This document shows, piece by piece, positions 62,440 through 64,000 of a DNA stretch of 64,000 nt. The notes beneath the pieces were generated by a model. That model had not been told where the DNA came from and did no database searches. It was given only the letters and a program-made list of their open reading frames with translations. Origin of the DNA: Leucoraja ocellata (lineage: Eukaryota). The DNA lies in assembly GCA_036785375.1 (NCBI GenBank), contig JAWMAR010000025.1, positions 8,494,001 to 8,558,000 of the forward strand, given 5' to 3'. Position 1 is the first letter of the stretch; every line of letters begins with the position of its first letter. Both the position numbers and the translations under genes were made by a program.

Positions 62440-62982
62440 ACAGAAGGAACCAATCTGCCGGAGGAACTCGGTTTGGAGTGGAGGCGTTGAGTGGCATCCG
62501 TGGAAGGAAATGAACAGTCGAGATTTCAGGTCGGAAGCCTTCATCTGGATTGTCCAGATAAAGGGTTCCAATCTGAAAAGTTAACCATCCACTTCTCTCC
62601 ATGAATCGTGCTCTACATGCTGAGTTTTTCCAGTAGATGGTTTGTAAAGGGCCTGTCCCACTATACGAGTTTACCCAAGAGCTCTCCCGAGTTTAAAAAA
62701 AAATCTAACTCGTGGTAAGTATGTAGAATGTACGTAGCAGGTACGTCGGAGCTCGGGATTTCTCTTAGCGGCTCGTAACGCTAACGGCAGGTACTCGGGA
62801 AACGCGGTAAGCTCGTGAAGTTTTTTCAACATGTTGAAAAATGTCCACGAGAGCCCCGAGTACCTAGGAGCGGCTATTACCATAATTCTCCGAGTTCGAA
62901 TCAGGGGAAACTCGGGAGATCTCTTGAATTACCTTGTACAGTGGGACAGGCCCTTTAACTCTGATTCCCGCAGTCTCTTGTA
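62440..62982. mobile_element. Old palindromic Penelope-like pLTR element hosting a MITE
   Basis: atctgccggaggaactc...atttcaggtcggaagccttcatctgga | tccagataaagggttccaatctgaaa...tgagtttttccagtagat; resumes after the MITE as ...gcagtctcttgt. Confidence 0.6.
62648..62954. mobile_element. MITE family B (copy 2), perfect 15-bp TIRs
   Basis: AGGGCCTGTCCCACT...AGTGGGACAGGCCCT with imperfect subterminal inverted repeats. Flanks gtaa| and |ttaa fit a TWA (Harbinger) or TTAA (Kolobok/T2) target. Confidence 0.92.
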
Positions 62983-63241
62983 TGTGCAGAAGTTAATTCC
63001 TTTCTATTGAAAACTGTCAGTTTAATTTGAAAAGTTAGTTAAAACATATCTATTGTCAACAGATCAAATTAGATCAATTGAAAATGGAACACTTAACCTG
63101 CTAATGAATGAAAGTTACAATGAAAGTTTCAAAATGCAAAATTTTACTCAACCCAGATTTGAAACATTTTAATATGTAAAATTAGATTCCTGAAAATAAA
63201 ATTAATTTTGAGTATTTCCTTTTTTATTTCTGATGACCTAG

Positions 63242-63301
63242 GCCCCTGCGCAGCAAACTGAAACCACTCCAATTCCTACCACAGCAAATGATAAATTACA
63301 G
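63242..63301 (+). CDS. EPB41: Protein 4.1R exon 14 (alternative, 20 aa)
   Basis: Pyrimidine tract then acctag|GCCCCT ... TTACAG|gtttgt; 60 nt, phase 0-0; APAQQTETTPIPTTANDKLQ, a positional and loose sequence match to VEKTHIEVTVPTSNGDQTQ. Confidence 0.8.
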
Positions 63302-63416
63302 GTTTGTTTCCGAATTGGAATGAAAACCAGTTCAAGTATTAGATCATTTTAAATTTTTTGGAAGTCATGAGGACATGGCTCACTAAATTTCATCTCTTTC
63401 CACAACATTTATACAG

Positions 63417-63455
63417 CAAAAGCCTGAAGGAGAAGAAGTCGTTAAAATGCGCAAG
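63417..63455 (+). CDS. EPB41: Protein 4.1R exon 15 (alternative, 13 aa)
   Basis: atacag|CAAAAG ... CGCAAG|gttagc; 39 nt, phase 0-0; QKPEGEEVVKMRK, equivalent to KLAEKTEDLIRMRK. Confidence 0.82.
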
Positions 63456-63744
63456 GTTAGCATTATTGGCGTTTTTTGTAGCTCGGTCTTTGTCCTTGTT
63501 TCCACAATTGTTTCCTTTAGTTTATAGCATTATGTTTGTTCATCAATAATGAATTGCCACATTCTGCTTTTTTTCTTTTTTGATCAAATCTGGGAGTGTT
63601 CTTGTGGTTCCATGATCATCCCGTATAGATTCTGCTGCGCTAATGGAAGTTTTTTTGGACACTTTTTATTTGCTACTTTGCAATGCCACAAGAACAACAT
63701 TTTAATTTTTGTGCTTTTCTTTTTTCCCTTCTTTCATTTCGCAG

Positions 63745-63807
63745 AAGAGATCAAAGAAAATTGAGGGTGAAAACATTTATGTCAGGCATAGCAATTTAAT
63801 GTTGGAG
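63745..63807 (+). CDS. EPB41: Protein 4.1R exon 16 (alternative; spectrin-actin-binding domain, 21 aa)
   Basis: Long pyrimidine tract then tcgcag|AAGAGA ... TTGGAG|gtttgt; 63 nt; KRSKKIEGENIYVRHSNLMLE, equivalent to KKRERLDGENIYIRHSNLMLE. Confidence 0.97.
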
Positions 63808-63893
63808 GTTTGTATGAACTGAAAGCTTGTTATCATCAAGTTGTCTTTAGCCTACAGTTCTGCATTCATTCTTTGGCTGCATTAACACAATTT

Positions 63894-63985
63894 TGCATGT
63901 GCTGCATGTGAAACAAGACACATACATTATTATGTTTTTGTTAATAAAAGCCCTGCTTCTTTCTTTATAAGCAAGCATGGGCATG
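63894..63985 (+). promoter_or_regulatory. RBFOX-type intronic splicing enhancer cluster downstream of exon 16
   Basis: TGCATG at 63894-63899 and 63903-63908, GCATG at 63975-63979 and 63981-63985, starting 87 nt after the weak GAG|gtttgt donor. Same arrangement as the Fox-2 enhancer of mammalian 4.1R intron 16. Confidence 0.85.
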
Positions 63986-64000
63986 TTTGTGCTTTTTTTT

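Noticed and set aside
38373-63807. Assignment to paralogues EPB41L1, EPB41L2 or EPB41L3
   Set aside because: MHCKV at AUG2, LDLHS.SSAETQ|[30 protein letters not shown] in exon 13 and the exon 14/15/16 cluster all point to 4.1R. A phylogeny would be the formal test.

Overview
AT-rich vertebrate genomic DNA, almost certainly from a cartilaginous fish and probably a skate or ray, judged from the repeat content (HER1-like CR1 LINEs, HE1-like V-SINEs, Penelope-like elements). The window holds the 5' two-thirds of one + strand gene, EPB41 (protein 4.1R). Fourteen coding exons, equivalent to mammalian exons 2 and 4-16, were read by hand at GT-AG boundaries between 38366 and 63807. They join in one open frame of 676 codons: headpiece, FERM, FERM-adjacent, U2 region and the start of the spectrin-actin-binding domain. 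The gene continues past the window end. Positions 1-38365 are 5' intron or upstream sequence, with a CpG-enriched candidate promoter/first-exon region at about 10.0-13.1 kb. Known mammalian 4.1R regulatory features are visible: the 17-nt exon 2' with a second acceptor that removes AUG1, AUG2 in exon 4, and exon 16 with a weak GTTTGT donor and downstream (U)GCAUG sites. The remainder is transposon debris (CR1, L2, L1, Rex/Babar, RTE-like, Penelope, V-SINE, MITE). The most unusual items are about 97-bp TSD-flanked insertions carrying a hammerhead-ribozyme core, a young teleost-like L2 that may be horizontally transferred, and two abutting perfect palindromes near the candidate promoter. Most ORFs in the supplied track are spurious or transposon fragments. 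Repeat boundaries are approximate unless a TSD is quoted, and family names come from recognition, not database searches.
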